The notes beneath the pieces are model-generated. The model had not been told where the DNA came from. It ran no database searches and was given only the letters and a program-made list of their open reading frames with translations. Made by a program: the position numbers and the translations under genes. 64,000 nt of DNA from Gammaproteobacteria bacterium (GTDB lineage: Bacteria > Pseudomonadota > Gammaproteobacteria > GRL18), in assembly GCA_026196615.1 (NCBI GenBank), contig JAPHSW010000144.1:23987-87986 (forward strand), written 5' to 3'. Shown here one piece after another: positions 30,710 to 41,188 of this stretch (positions within the stretch are counted from its first letter, which is position 1; each line of letters opens with the position of its first letter).

Positions 30710-32380
30710 TTAACATGAATTAATCTCATGATAGTTGGGTGGCACTAAAATCGTATCTTTTAAAAACTTTTTATCATCCTTGTAGGGGTAATCAAGAGTA
30801 TAATGAATACCTCTGCTTTCTTTTCTATCCATTGCACTATCAATGATCAATTCTGCTACAGTTGCAAGGTTTCTTAACTCAATTAAGTCACTATTAATAA
30901 GGTATTGACGATAATAGTCATCAATCTCTCGTTGTAGTAATTTTATACGTTGCTTAGCTAATAGTAATCGTTTGTTTTTTCGTACAATACCTACATAATT
31001 CCACATAAAACGACGTAACTCATCCCAGTTATGAGTCACTACAACGCCTTCTTCAGAGCCTGTAACCCGGCTGTCGTCCCATGGTGGTAATAGAGGCTCA
31101 CAAACATAACGTTGTAATTCTGTTTTAATTTTTTCTGCAGCAGCTTTACCAAAGACTAAACATTCTAAAAGTGAATTGCTTGCCATACGATTAGCACCAT
31201 GCAAACCAGTAAAAGCTGTTTCTCCAATAGCATACAAATTAGAAATGTCTGTTTGGCCATCCAGGTTTGTCATAATACCACCACAGGTGTAGTGAGCAGC
31301 AGGGACAACAGGGATTGGCTCGCAGGTGATATCAATTCCAAAAGATAAACAACGCTTATAAATTGTTGGAAAATGATCTTTGATAAATTCAGGAGATTTA
31401 TGAGTTATATCTAAATAAACAAAATCAGACCCAGTTCGTTTCATTTCATAATCGATGGCTTGAGCAACAATATCTCTTGGTGCCAGTTCTTCACGCTCAT
31501 CAAATTTGTGCATAAATAACGTGCCATCAATCAGTTTGAGTTTTGCACCTTCTCCTCTTAAAGCTTCTGAAATTAAAAATGATTTTGCCTTAGGGTGATA
31601 AAGACAGGTTGGATGAAACTGATTAAATTCCATATTAGCCACACGGCATCCAGCACGCCAGGCCATGGCAATTCCATCACCAGTGGAACTGTCTGGGTTG
31701 CTTGTATATAAATAAACTTTACTGGCACCACCAGTGGCAAGAATGGTAAATTTTGCAGGCACTTCAGTTACTTGATTGGTTTGGGTATTAAGTAAATAGA
31801 TACCCACACATTGTTTTTCTATTGATTTTTGTGAAGGTGATGTATGTGAAGGTATTTCTGAATGTGGTGAAACAATTAAATCAACTACCATATGATGCTC
31901 AAATAGAGTGATATTTTCAGCTTGTCTTACTTGTGCTAATAAACCTTCTGAGAGTGCATGACCAGTGGCATCAGCTGCGTGTATGACACGGCGATGGCTA
32001 TGACCGCCTTCACGTGTTAAATGATAGGTACTATCATTTTCTTCTTCTTTGGAAAACTTTACACCCTTATCGATAACCCAGTCTATGGATTCTTTACCAT
32101 GAGCTATAGTAAATTTAACACTGTCTTCGTGACATAGGCCTGCACCAGCATTTATTGTATCTTTAACATGAAAGTCAATACTATCATTGTCTTCATCTAA
32201 TACGGCAGCGATGCCTCCCTGCGCATAGAGAGTGGCTCCTTCATGAATTGGACCTTTAGAAATTAATGCAATTGTTGGTTTTTCATTGGCTTGTGAGGTT
32301 TGCTCAGCAAGCTCCAAAGCAACTGTTAGACCTGCAGCGCCTGTTCCAACAATAATGACATCAAAACACTCAGTATTCAT
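30710..32380 (-). CDS. nadB: L-aspartate oxidase
   Basis: FAD fold 'DVIIVGTGAAGL', with 'HPTC' and 'GANRMASNSLLE' motifs. The gene is divergent from rpoE as in E. coli. Confidence 0.93.
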   Translation of the reverse strand: MNTECFDVIIVGTGAAGLTVALELAEQTSQANEKPTIALISKGPIHEGATLYAQGGIAAVLDEDNDSIDFHVKDTINAGAGLCHEDSVKFTIAHGKESIDWVIDKGVKFSKEEENDSTYHLTREGGHSHRRVIHAADATGHALSEGLLAQVRQAENITLFEHHMVVDLIVSPHSEIPSHTSPSQKSIEKQCVGIYLLNTQTNQVTEVPAKFTILATGGASKVYLYTSNPDSSTGDGIAMAWRAGCRVANMEFNQFHPTCLYHPKAKSFLISEALRGEGAKLKLIDGTLFMHKFDEREELAPRDIVAQAIDYEMKRTGSDFVYLDITHKSPEFIKDHFPTIYKRCLSFGIDITCEPIPVVPAAHYTCGGIMTNLDGQTDISNLYAIGETAFTGLHGANRMASNSLLECLVFGKAAAEKIKTELQRYVCEPLLPPWDDSRVTGSEEGVVVTHNWDELRRFMWNYVGIVRKNKRLLLAKQRIKLLQREIDDYYRQYLINSDLIELRNLATVAELIIDSAMDRKESRGIHYTLDYPYKDDKKFLKDTILVPPNYHEINSC

Positions 32381-32519
32381 AAGCCTTTATCTATACATAA
32401 AATTAACTATATTATGCACAATAAATGAGATTAAGCCTAATGATCTTGTTAATTATTAATAATGTCTCTAACTGGTTGTTACTCTGTTGATTGAAATCAA
32501 TAAAACCTTAAATTTGTAA

Positions 32520-32547
32520 TGAACTTTTATTTAATGTTTATGTCATA
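32520..32547 (+). promoter_or_regulatory. Candidate sigma-E-dependent (autoregulated) rpoE promoter
   Basis: tGAACTT (32520-32526), a 16-nt spacer, then TCATA (32543-32547). The sigma-E consensus is GGAACTT-N16-TCAAA. Confidence 0.35.
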
Positions 32548-32773
32548 CATGTCATGGAAGAGTAATTGTTCATTTGTAGAGGGTATTTTTATTTTAAATA
32601 TTAGATATTTCTGATCAATGACAAAGTGCATAAGAAATGCTTTTATAGAGTAGTAGTTCAATTAATACAGGATTTTATATAAAAATAAAAGCTCAGGTCA
32701 TTTCTATTGTTGATTTTATGCTAAGATTAGTTGTTGAACTGTATAAAAATGCGAATGAATAAATGGGAAACTA

Positions 32774-33358
32774 ATGGGCGATAATCAATCGCAAAACCAA
32801 ATTGATCTGGAGATTGTTAAAAGAGTACAACGGGGCGATAAAAGTGCATTTGATATTTTAGTTATAAAGTATCAGCATAAATTGGCCAAGTTGGTTTTAC
32901 CATATGTCCATGACAGAGACGATGTTCTTGATGTGGTACAGGAATCTTTTATTAAAGCTTACAAAGCACTTCCCAGGTTTAGAGGAGACAGTGCTTTTTA
33001 TACATGGCTCTATAGAATTGCGATCAATACGTCCAAAAATTATTTAACAGCACAAAGCAGGCGACCGCCACGTTCTGATGTTGATGCAGTTGATGCTGAA
33101 TTTTATGATGGTGGAAGTGTGATGCACGATAACACAACACCTGAAGCCAACTTATCGACACAGCAAATTAAAGATACAATTAATCGGGTAATATCAGATT
33201 TGCCTGAAGAGTTAAAAATTGCTATTACTTTACGTGAGTTTGAAGCAATGAGCTATGACGAAATTGCAGACATCATGGATTGTCCTGTTGGAACTGTTCG
33301 TTCAAGAATTTTTAGAGCAAGGGAAGCTATTGATAATGAGATCAAAGTGTTACTTTAA
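32774..33358 (+). CDS. rpoE: ECF sigma factor RpoE (sigma-24)
   Basis: 'VQRGDKSAFDILVIKYQHK', 'FYTWLYRIAINT' and 'GTVRSRIFRAREAI', followed by rseABC. Confidence 0.93.
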   Translation: MGDNQSQNQIDLEIVKRVQRGDKSAFDILVIKYQHKLAKLVLPYVHDRDDVLDVVQESFIKAYKALPRFRGDSAFYTWLYRIAINTSKNYLTAQSRRPPRSDVDAVDAEFYDGGSVMHDNTTPEANLSTQQIKDTINRVISDLPEELKIAITLREFEAMSYDEIADIMDCPVGTVRSRIFRAREAIDNEIKVLL

Positions 33359-33424
33359 TTAGTCACTTTTTTATAAAATTAAACAACCTGAGTGAAGTCC
33401 AGGTTTTATTTTTGAGTTGATGAG

Positions 33425-34156
33425 ATGAACATGTCTGAACAAATACAACAAGATATTGACCAGTCAATAAATATCGATTTGTCTGCTTTTATCGATGCGG
33501 AACACTCTGAACATGAAATTTCTCAAATTATTGATTCTCTGCTTAGTTCTCCAGAATATAAAGAACAATATGCCCGAAAGAAATTAGCTAATGATTATCT
33601 ACAAGAGCAAGTACAGGAAGGTATTCCTTTGATTGGGCTTAGAGGCAATATTTCTAAGGTTTTAGATGATTTACCAGCTCATTTTTCAGATGAGGCTGTG
33701 AATCTTAATGTTTTGGAAACAGTTAATATTTCTCAAAATTCCTGGTTTAAGTCGTTATTAAAAAAGAGCTACGATAATAAAATTATAAGTGGGGTTTCTG
33801 TTGCAGCCTCAGTAATGCTCGTGACTCTTGTTACTCTGCAAGGGCTTAATAATAACCAAGCTGGTAGTTTTGACAGTAATGTTGTAGCTTCTTCTGATGA
33901 AAAATTATCTACGTCACCAATGCTTCAATCTTCTTTATCTCCTTCATTTGTTACTCCTGTTTCTACTTTTTCAAATCTTTCTACAACCTCTAATTTAGAT
34001 ATTAATACAATGAATAAAGAGCAGTATCAGTGGATTGAAGCAGATCCTGTTTTGTCTAAACAAGTTCGAGAATATATTAGTCAGCATGAGAAGCGCCAGG
34101 CTGGTTATAACTTACAACCAAAAATTCGTACAGCGACATATCAGGTTGGCGAATAA
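33425..34156 (+). CDS. rseA: Anti-sigma-E factor RseA
   Basis: N-terminal 'LSAFIDAEHSE' (RseA_N), a single central TM 'ISGVSVAASVMLVTLVTL', and a position between rpoE and rseB. Confidence 0.75.
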   Translation: MNMSEQIQQDIDQSINIDLSAFIDAEHSEHEISQIIDSLLSSPEYKEQYARKKLANDYLQEQVQEGIPLIGLRGNISKVLDDLPAHFSDEAVNLNVLETVNISQNSWFKSLLKKSYDNKIISGVSVAASVMLVTLVTLQGLNNNQAGSFDSNVVASSDEKLSTSPMLQSSLSPSFVTPVSTFSNLSTTSNLDINTMNKEQYQWIEADPVLSKQVREYISQHEKRQAGYNLQPKIRTATYQVGE

Positions 34157-34237
34157 AATAAGCTATGGAGCATCAGAGTTTTTGTTTTAATTTATTTAAA
34201 ATCAGTATGATGTTATAGTCAAAATGGCAATAAGTTT

Positions 34238-35278
34238 ATGAAATTTGTAAATTTAGATTTTCAACGCTGGTTAATTATTACTTTAATCACATTCAGCTCA
34301 ATCTCAGTTTCACAGGCACAAACTCCCGTCTTTACTTCAGAAAATATCCTGGAAACTTCAAATATATCTACTGTTTCCATAGAATCGCTCTTGGAAAAGT
34401 TTGTTCGTAATGGCTCAAAACAATTATTTGATGGTACCTTCATTTATTTGTTTGAGGATAAAATCCAAACAGTCAAAGTTCATCGAAAAGTAGATGTTAA
34501 TGGACAAGTAGTTGAGGAATTTATACCTCTTGATGGTAACCAAAAGACAAGCTCCAGAGTTTTGGAAGAGCATCATTGCCTCCTTGATAATAACTGGCAG
34601 TATCAATTTGACTCAATATCATCAAGTTTTCCTTTTCGTGTAAATAATACTTACCAGAAATTACAGTTGTATTATAATTTTACTTTATTGGGAGTTGAAA
34701 CAATAGCAGGCATGTCTGCAGTAAGATTACTCATTGAAAGTAAAGATCCTTATCGATACAGTTATCATCTTTGGTTTGAACCCAAAGAAGCGACTTTATT
34801 AAAATATAAATTAGTTGATAGTAATGCAAAATTAATTGAACAATATCTATTTACTAATATTTCTTTTCAGGGTGATAAAGAACAAATAAAAAATTTAGAT
34901 GAGGTTAGTACATCAACCCCATGTATTGAACAGTTTGCAGGTATGACCGAAGCATTTCAGAAGTATTTTAATCATAATAAAATTCCAGCTGGTTTTGAGC
35001 TTGTTTCCTTCAGAAAAGGTTATATTGATAGTACTGAGCGCCAGGCCTTTCAATTTCAATTGAGTGATGGATTGTCGGCGGTTTCTGTTTTTATTGAAGA
35101 CAGTAAAAAAGCGACTAAATCTATTAATGGTGTTGTAAAACTTGGGCCTGTAAATATTGCAGGAAAAAATGTATCAAATCATCAAATCACAATTATTGGC
35201 GCAATTCCAATTGTAAGTGCTTTAGAATTTATTAAAGCAGAAAAATTATCAGAAAATGAATATTTTTCTTCTCAATAA
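34238..35278 (+). CDS. rseB: Sigma-E regulatory protein RseB (MucB)
   Basis: Signal peptide, length and position fit. The 'GTFIYLFEDKIQTVKVHR' and 'YHLWFEPKEATLLKYKL' blocks are MucB/RseB-like. Confidence 0.75.
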   Translation: MKFVNLDFQRWLIITLITFSSISVSQAQTPVFTSENILETSNISTVSIESLLEKFVRNGSKQLFDGTFIYLFEDKIQTVKVHRKVDVNGQVVEEFIPLDGNQKTSSRVLEEHHCLLDNNWQYQFDSISSSFPFRVNNTYQKLQLYYNFTLLGVETIAGMSAVRLLIESKDPYRYSYHLWFEPKEATLLKYKLVDSNAKLIEQYLFTNISFQGDKEQIKNLDEVSTSTPCIEQFAGMTEAFQKYFNHNKIPAGFELVSFRKGYIDSTERQAFQFQLSDGLSAVSVFIEDSKKATKSINGVVKLGPVNIAGKNVSNHQITIIGAIPIVSALEFIKAEKLSENEYFSSQ

Positions 35279-35313
35279 TTTTAAAGTGGCTGAGAAGTAA
35301 TATAATTAAGTGA

Positions 35314-35865
35314 GTGAAAATGGTTGAAGAACAAGCAACTGTTATTAGAACAAAAGACCAATATGTTTGGGTGCAAACAGAGCGACAGAGCAGTTGTGGT
35401 CATTGTTCAGTTAAAAGTGGCTGTGGAACACAGGTTCTTTCAAAAGTACTGGGGAATAAACTTTCTCAAGTTCGTTGTCTAAATCCACTTATTAATTCCA
35501 AAGGCTCAATTTCTAAAGAATACGCTTTCAAGTTACAATCTGGAGATAGGGTGGTAATCGGCTTAGAAGAAACTGCACTGATAAGAGGCTCTATGTTAAT
35601 TTACTTTTTACCTTTGGTCAGCATGATTGTTTTGGGTGGTTTTTCTGTTTTTATCGGTAAAATATTCTGGCCTCAGGGTATTGATGTGTTATCAATTATA
35701 TTTTCTTTTACCGGCCTTATCCTTGGTTTGCGTTTTACTCAGACTTTATTACATAAAAATAAGCAAAAAAATTCAAAACTTGATGTTCAACAGGCCTTTG
35801 AACCTGTTGTTTTAAAAAAAATATCGCACTATGATACAACACCGATTAAGGTAGTAACCCCTTGA
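35314..35865 (+). CDS. rseC: RseC/MucC family protein
   Basis: 'ATVIRTKDQYVWVQTERQSSCGHCSVKSGCGT' is the N-terminal Cys-rich motif. Two TM helices follow. Confidence 0.8.
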   Translation: MKMVEEQATVIRTKDQYVWVQTERQSSCGHCSVKSGCGTQVLSKVLGNKLSQVRCLNPLINSKGSISKEYAFKLQSGDRVVIGLEETALIRGSMLIYFLPLVSMIVLGGFSVFIGKIFWPQGIDVLSIIFSFTGLILGLRFTQTLLHKNKQKNSKLDVQQAFEPVVLKKISHYDTTPIKVVTP

Positions 35866-36101
35866 GTCATTATAAGTTTTTTTATAGAAATGGCTGTCAT
35901 TTATGTGAGGATATGTATTTGCTCATTCAGCCCTATGAAATTAGCCATAAAATTACCATTGAAATGCATAATATTGACAAGAGTTCTGATTTACGAGAAA
36001 AGTATGGTGCACTGATTCCTGTGTTAACCGATATAAATGATAATGAAATTTGTCATTATTTTTTTGATAAGATCTGTTTTGAACGTATTCTTAATGATTA
36101 A
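35862..36101 (+). CDS. Small thioredoxin-fold (glutaredoxin-like, DUF836-type) protein
   Basis: 79 aa with CxxC 'GCHLCEDM' and 'LIPVL'. The TTG start overlaps the rseC stop (TTGA). Confidence 0.6.
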   Translation: MSHYKFFYRNGCHLCEDMYLLIQPYEISHKITIEMHNIDKSSDLREKYGALIPVLTDINDNEICHYFFDKICFERILND

Positions 36102-36196
36102 TCTTCTTATCCAATGACATTACCTCTACTTTTGCCTTGTTTTTTGTTATGATTCACCGCTTGTTTATTGCATAAGAAATATCTTTTGGAGACTGA

Positions 36197-37999
36197 GTGG
36201 CTGAATTAGAGTTTATACGTAATTTTTCAATTATTGCCCATATTGACCATGGTAAATCAACTCTTGCTGATCGGATAATCCAGATTTGTGATGGTTTGAC
36301 TTCTCGTGAGATGCAGGCGCAGGTTCTTGATTCCATGGATATTGAGCGCGAGCGTGGCATTACCATTAAGGCGCAAAGTGTTTCCCTTGATTATCAAGCA
36401 AAAGATGGCCATACCTATCAACTTAATTTTATTGATACACCCGGGCATGTTGATTTCTCATACGAAGTGTCACGCTCTTTAGCAGCTTGTGAGGGCGCTT
36501 TATTAGTTGTTGATGCCTCACAAGGTGTAGAAGCACAAAGTGTGGCCAATTGTTATACCGCGATTGAACAGGGACTTGAAGTTTTACCAGTTCTTAATAA
36601 AATTGATTTGCCAGCAGCTGATCCTGACAGAGTAATCACTGAAATTGAAGAAGTCATTGGTCTTGAAGCTATGGAAGCACCTCATTGTAGTGCTAAAACG
36701 GGTGCTGGCGTAGATGAATTACTTGAATATCTTGTTAAACATATCCCTGCACCACAAGGTGATCGTGACGCACCTTTACAGGCTCTGATTATCGACTCCT
36801 GGTTTGATTCTTATTTAGGTGTTGTTTCTCTGGTTCGCGTCATGCAGGGGACTCTAAAGCGTAGAGATAAAATGAAAGTTATGTCTACAGGACGCTCTCA
36901 TGGAGTCGACGGTGTGGGGATATTTACCCCCAAACGAGACCCGAAAGAATTTCTGACTGCAGGTGAAGTTGGTTATGTTATTGCTGGAATTAAAGATATT
37001 TATGGTGCACCAGTGGGTGATACATTAACCACAGCTCATAACCCTTGTGATGGACCGTTGGAAGGTTTTAAAGAAATTCAGCCTAGAGTTTTTGCAGGAC
37101 TCTTTCCAGTGTCCTCTGATGATTATGAAGGCTTACGAGAAGCTTTATCAAAGTTAAAGCTCAATGATGCTGCACTGTTTTATGAACCAGAGATTTCACA
37201 AGCACTGGGGTTTGGGTTTCGTTGTGGTTTTCTCGGAATGCTACATATGGAAATCATTCAGGAAAGACTGGAGCGTGAATATGATTTAGATTTAATCACT
37301 ACAGCACCTACTGTTATTTTTGAAGTATTAACGACTAAGGGTGAAACCATTAAGGTGGATAATCCCGCCGCTTTGCCTGATCGCTCAACAATTGAAGAAA
37401 TTCGTGAACCCATCATTTCAGCAAATATTTTATTACCACATGAATATGTGGGAAATGTCATTGGTTTATGTATAGAAAAGCGTGGTGTACAAAAAAAGAT
37501 GCAATATGTGGGTAATCAGGTCAATATAACATTTGAAATGCCTATGAATGAGGTGGTATTAGATTTCTTTGATCGCCTTAAATCAGTTAGTCGTGGTTTT
37601 GCTTCCCTTGAATACCACTTTGAACGTTTTGAAGCGTCAAAGCTAGTCAAAATGGATATTTTAATTAATGGGGAACCTGTTGATGCACTCTCAATTATTA
37701 TTCATGAAGATTTGGCATTAAGTCGTGGTCGTGATTTAACGGAAAAAATGAAAGAGCTAATTCAGCGCCAAATGTTTGATGTCGCTATCCAGGCTGCTAT
37801 TGGTTCGAAAGTGATTGCACGCACAAATGTGAAAGCATTACGAAAAAATGTTACCGCCAAGTGTTATGGTGGTGATGTTAGTCGAAAAAGAAAATTATTA
37901 GAAAAGCAGAAGGCGGGTAAAAAACGCATGAAACAGGTAGGAAGTGTTGAAATTCCTCAGGAAGCGTTTTTAGCTGTTCTTCATATTGGGAAAGACTAA
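36197..37999 (+). CDS. lepA: Elongation factor 4 (LepA)
   Basis: '[20 protein letters not shown]', 'DTPGHVDF' and 'NKIDL', plus a LepA C-terminal domain. GTG start. Confidence 0.95.
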   Translation: MAELEFIRNFSIIAHIDHGKSTLADRIIQICDGLTSREMQAQVLDSMDIERERGITIKAQSVSLDYQAKDGHTYQLNFIDTPGHVDFSYEVSRSLAACEGALLVVDASQGVEAQSVANCYTAIEQGLEVLPVLNKIDLPAADPDRVITEIEEVIGLEAMEAPHCSAKTGAGVDELLEYLVKHIPAPQGDRDAPLQALIIDSWFDSYLGVVSLVRVMQGTLKRRDKMKVMSTGRSHGVDGVGIFTPKRDPKEFLTAGEVGYVIAGIKDIYGAPVGDTLTTAHNPCDGPLEGFKEIQPRVFAGLFPVSSDDYEGLREALSKLKLNDAALFYEPEISQALGFGFRCGFLGMLHMEIIQERLEREYDLDLITTAPTVIFEVLTTKGETIKVDNPAALPDRSTIEEIREPIISANILLPHEYVGNVIGLCIEKRGVQKKMQYVGNQVNITFEMPMNEVVLDFFDRLKSVSRGFASLEYHFERFEASKLVKMDILINGEPVDALSIIIHEDLALSRGRDLTEKMKELIQRQMFDVAIQAAIGSKVIARTNVKALRKNVTAKCYGGDVSRKRKLLEKQKAGKKRMKQVGSVEIPQEAFLAVLHIGKD

Positions 38000-38094
38000 T
38001 CGTTTATTGTAATTAATTGGCTCTAAATAAAGATGTTTAGTTGCTAAATATAGGTTTGTGGTATTAACCAAATACCAGAGATAAAGAGAAGAGA

Positions 38095-38958
38095 ATGGAT
38101 TTTGATATTGCTTTAGTTTTAGTTATTTTATCTTTTGTGTCAGGCATCATCTGGTTATTAGATAAATTCTTATGGGAAGAAAGTCGTCTTGAAAGACAGA
38201 AGGCTGAATTAGAGCGTAAGGGAAGTGACATTACTGCACAGGAACGTGATGCATTATTGGCTGATCCTATCATCATTGATTATGCAAAATCTTTATTTCC
38301 GGTTTTCTTTATTGTTCTAATTTTACGCTCATTTATTTTTGAACCTTTTCGGATTCCATCTCAATCTATGATGCCTAATTTATGGGTAGGTGATTTTATT
38401 CTTGTTAATAAATTCAGCTATGGTGTTCGTCTACCTGTTTTAAATACAGAAATCATTGACTCGGGTAAGCCTAAAAATGGTGATGTTGCAGTTTTCAGGT
38501 ATCCAGTTAACCCTTCAATTAATTTTATAAAAAGGGTAATAGGAGTTCCAGGCGATCACGTAGTTTATCGTAACAAATTACTTTATATCAATGGTAAACC
38601 AATGTTGCAGAAAAATATAGGAAAATATAAAGGAGAAGGTTCTGGAGAAAAGATGAATGGCTCTTCTTTGAAAACGGAAGACTTAATGGGAGTCAATCAC
38701 AATATTGTTTTGGAACTAAATAAGCCTGAATTAAGTCACATGTATGTTTCGGAGTTTTATAATAATGGGGCAATTGATTTGACAGTCCCAGAAGGTCACT
38801 ATTTTGTAATGGGTGATAATCGTGATGGAAGTCACGATAGCCGCTTCTGGGGCTTGGTACCTGAAGGTAATTTGGTTGGCAAAGCCTTTATGATCTGGTT
38901 TAATTGGGATATGGGGCATGGGCTCTTTTGGGAGCGTATTGGTAATTCAATTGAATAA
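38095..38958 (+). CDS. lepB: Signal peptidase I
   Basis: 'FRIPSQSMMPNL' (catalytic Ser), 'FIKRVIGVPGD' (catalytic Lys) and 'GDNRDGSHDSRFWG'. Confidence 0.93.
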   Translation: MDFDIALVLVILSFVSGIIWLLDKFLWEESRLERQKAELERKGSDITAQERDALLADPIIIDYAKSLFPVFFIVLILRSFIFEPFRIPSQSMMPNLWVGDFILVNKFSYGVRLPVLNTEIIDSGKPKNGDVAVFRYPVNPSINFIKRVIGVPGDHVVYRNKLLYINGKPMLQKNIGKYKGEGSGEKMNGSSLKTEDLMGVNHNIVLELNKPELSHMYVSEFYNNGAIDLTVPEGHYFVMGDNRDGSHDSRFWGLVPEGNLVGKAFMIWFNWDMGHGLFWERIGNSIE

Positions 38959-39012
38959 TCTATGAAATTAACTATACTCTGACTTAATTAGGTGTAGGTA
39001 AAAGGATAAGTA

Positions 39013-39399
39013 ATGCTAAAAGATAGTTTTAAATATAAAAATCAAAAAGGTTTCACTTTAACTGGTTGGATAGTGGTTATTGCTCTTATCTTATATTTTG
39101 CTTATTTGGCAATGATAATTTCTCCTGTTCTTATTAGTAATAATACGATGAATAGAATCCTGGAGTCTCTCAAAGAAGAACCGGGTATCACGCAGAAGAC
39201 AAAATATGATATATGGCGTTTAATTGAAAATAGAATGTTAGTGAATCAAGTTCAAAATATTACAAAAGATGACTTTGATATTGAGAAAGAAGGTGATGTT
39301 GTTAATATTTATCTAGAGTATGATGACAAAATAAAGTTTATGGGTAATGTTTATATTCTTATTGAAAGAAATAAATCAGTTGAATTGGTTCGGAATTGA
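39013..39399 (+). CDS. DUF4845-like small membrane-anchored protein
   Basis: 128 aa with one N-terminal TM. It sits in the lepB-rnc gap, where DUF4845 proteins occur in many gammaproteobacteria. Confidence 0.5.
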   Translation: MLKDSFKYKNQKGFTLTGWIVVIALILYFAYLAMIISPVLISNNTMNRILESLKEEPGITQKTKYDIWRLIENRMLVNQVQNITKDDFDIEKEGDVVNIYLEYDDKIKFMGNVYILIERNKSVELVRN

Positions 39400-40088
39400 A
39401 TACTAACTTAGCCAGTCTTTGTAAAAAATTAGGTTATACTTTCAATGATTTAAGCTTGTTGCAAACTGCATTGAGTCATCGCAGTATAGGCAAAAACAAC
39501 AATGAGCGTTTAGAGTTTTTAGGTGACTCAGTTATTGGCTATGTGATTGCTGAGGAACTTTACTTACGCTTTGGCGATGAAAATGAAGGGAATCTTAGCC
39601 GTTATCGCTCTTTATTAGTAAAAGGGGATACGCTTGCCAGTATCGCTCGTCAGATGAGTGTCGGTCAGTTTCTTAAACTTGGAGGCGGTGAACTTAAAAG
39701 TGGAGGCTTTCGTCGAGCATCAATCCTTGCAGATGCCATGGAAGCAATTATTGGGGCTATTACTCTTGATTCTAATATAGAACAGGCACGAAGTTGTATC
39801 CTGTCGTGGTATAAAGAGCGATTGGATAATATCAAAACACTGGATTTAAAAGATCCCAAAACACGTCTTCAAGAACGGCTTCAAGCAAGAAAATTTGAGT
39901 TACCACTTTATAAAGTTATTTCTGTAAATGGTAAGGAACATGCTCAAATTTTTCAAGTAGATTGTCAGGTTAAAGAACTTGGATTAACGATTACATCAGA
40001 AGGTAGCAGTCGAAGAGCTGCCGAACAAAAAAGTGCTGAGTTGATGTTGGAACTCTTACTTGAAAATAAACAACTAGAAAAATTCTGA
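39396..40088 (+). CDS. rnc: Ribonuclease III
   Basis: 'NERLEFLGDSV' RNase III signature and a C-terminal dsRBD. The TTG start overlaps the preceding stop. Confidence 0.93.
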   Translation: MNTNLASLCKKLGYTFNDLSLLQTALSHRSIGKNNNERLEFLGDSVIGYVIAEELYLRFGDENEGNLSRYRSLLVKGDTLASIARQMSVGQFLKLGGGELKSGGFRRASILADAMEAIIGAITLDSNIEQARSCILSWYKERLDNIKTLDLKDPKTRLQERLQARKFELPLYKVISVNGKEHAQIFQVDCQVKELGLTITSEGSSRRAAEQKSAELMLELLLENKQLEKF

Positions 40089-40199
40089 TAAAAAATGCTT
40101 TTTTCAAATCTTTAGTTAATTATTCTTGTCTTGACAGCATAATCGTATCGATTGATACATACTCTTTTCATCTCTAAGTGAATTATATTTTATCTCATT

Positions 40200-41135
40200 A
40201 TGAAAATTACTGAATATCCTGAAAATTATAGAAGTGGCTATGTTGCGATTATTGGTCGACCAAATGTTGGAAAATCAACCTTGTTGAACTATATTCTTGG
40301 CTTCCATTTAAGTATCACCTCAAAAAAACCTCAAACAACTCGTCATCGTCTTTTAGGTATTAAAACAACAGATTCAGCACAAGCGGTCTATATTGATACA
40401 CCTGGCTTACATCAAAAATATAAAGGTGCTATTCATACCTATATGAATAAAGAAGCCATGTCGACTTTAGCTGATGTTGATGTAATTGTTTTTGTTGTTG
40501 ATGGTATTAAACTCACATCTGAAGATGAATATGCTATTGAACTTTTATCAAATTGTGAGCAGCCTATTATTTTAGCTGTTAACAAAGTTGATAAGATTAA
40601 AAATAAAGAAATTTTACTCCCTTTTATAGAAACACTAAGTGAACGCCTGTCTTTTGCACATATTGTACCAATTTCTGCTTCAAAGGGGAGTAATATAGTA
40701 GAGCTTGAGCAGCACATTGAGTCCCACTTAAATTTATCTCCTGCATATTTTCCTGAAGAACAAATTACTGATAAATCTGATCGTTTTCTTGCCTCTGAAT
40801 TAATTCGAGAAAAACTGATGCGTTTGTTAGGTCAGGAGGTACCCTATGCAATTGCTGTAGAAGTTGAAGCCTTTGAAGAAGAAGCTAATATCATAAAAGT
40901 TTCAGGGGTTATATGGGTTGAGCGGAGTAACCAAAAGAGTATTATTATCGGTAATAAAGGTCAGCAATTAAAAGAAGTTGGAAAACAAGCAAGAATTTCA
41001 ATGGAACGCTTATATGACAAAAAAGTTTTTTTAAAGTTATGGGTTAAGGTAAAAGAAGGTTGGTCAGATGATCAGAAAGCCCTGAAAAGTCTTGGGTACT
41101 TTGACTCACTAAATACGGATGAGACCCAATCTTGA
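40200..41135 (+). CDS. era: GTPase Era
   Basis: 'GRPNVGKSTL', 'DTPG', 'NKVD' and a C-terminal KH domain. Confidence 0.93.
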   Translation: MKITEYPENYRSGYVAIIGRPNVGKSTLLNYILGFHLSITSKKPQTTRHRLLGIKTTDSAQAVYIDTPGLHQKYKGAIHTYMNKEAMSTLADVDVIVFVVDGIKLTSEDEYAIELLSNCEQPIILAVNKVDKIKNKEILLPFIETLSERLSFAHIVPISASKGSNIVELEQHIESHLNLSPAYFPEEQITDKSDRFLASELIREKLMRLLGQEVPYAIAVEVEAFEEEANIIKVSGVIWVERSNQKSIIIGNKGQQLKEVGKQARISMERLYDKKVFLKLWVKVKEGWSDDQKALKSLGYFDSLNTDETQS

Positions 41136-41188
41136 TTATTTAGGCATTTGCTATATTTTAGTTTAAAAAATCTGGTTCATTAATTGTT

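Noticed and set aside
32736-32762. A second GAACT box lies close to the rpoE start codon.
   Set aside because: There is no TC-containing -10 at the 16-nt spacing, and the start site would fall on or after the ribosome-binding site.
40131-40160. TTGACA at 40131-40136 in the rnc-era spacer could be an internal promoter.
   Set aside because: No acceptable -10 hexamer lies at a 16-18-nt spacing (GATACA/ATACAT only). CATAAT sits only 1 nt after the -35 box.
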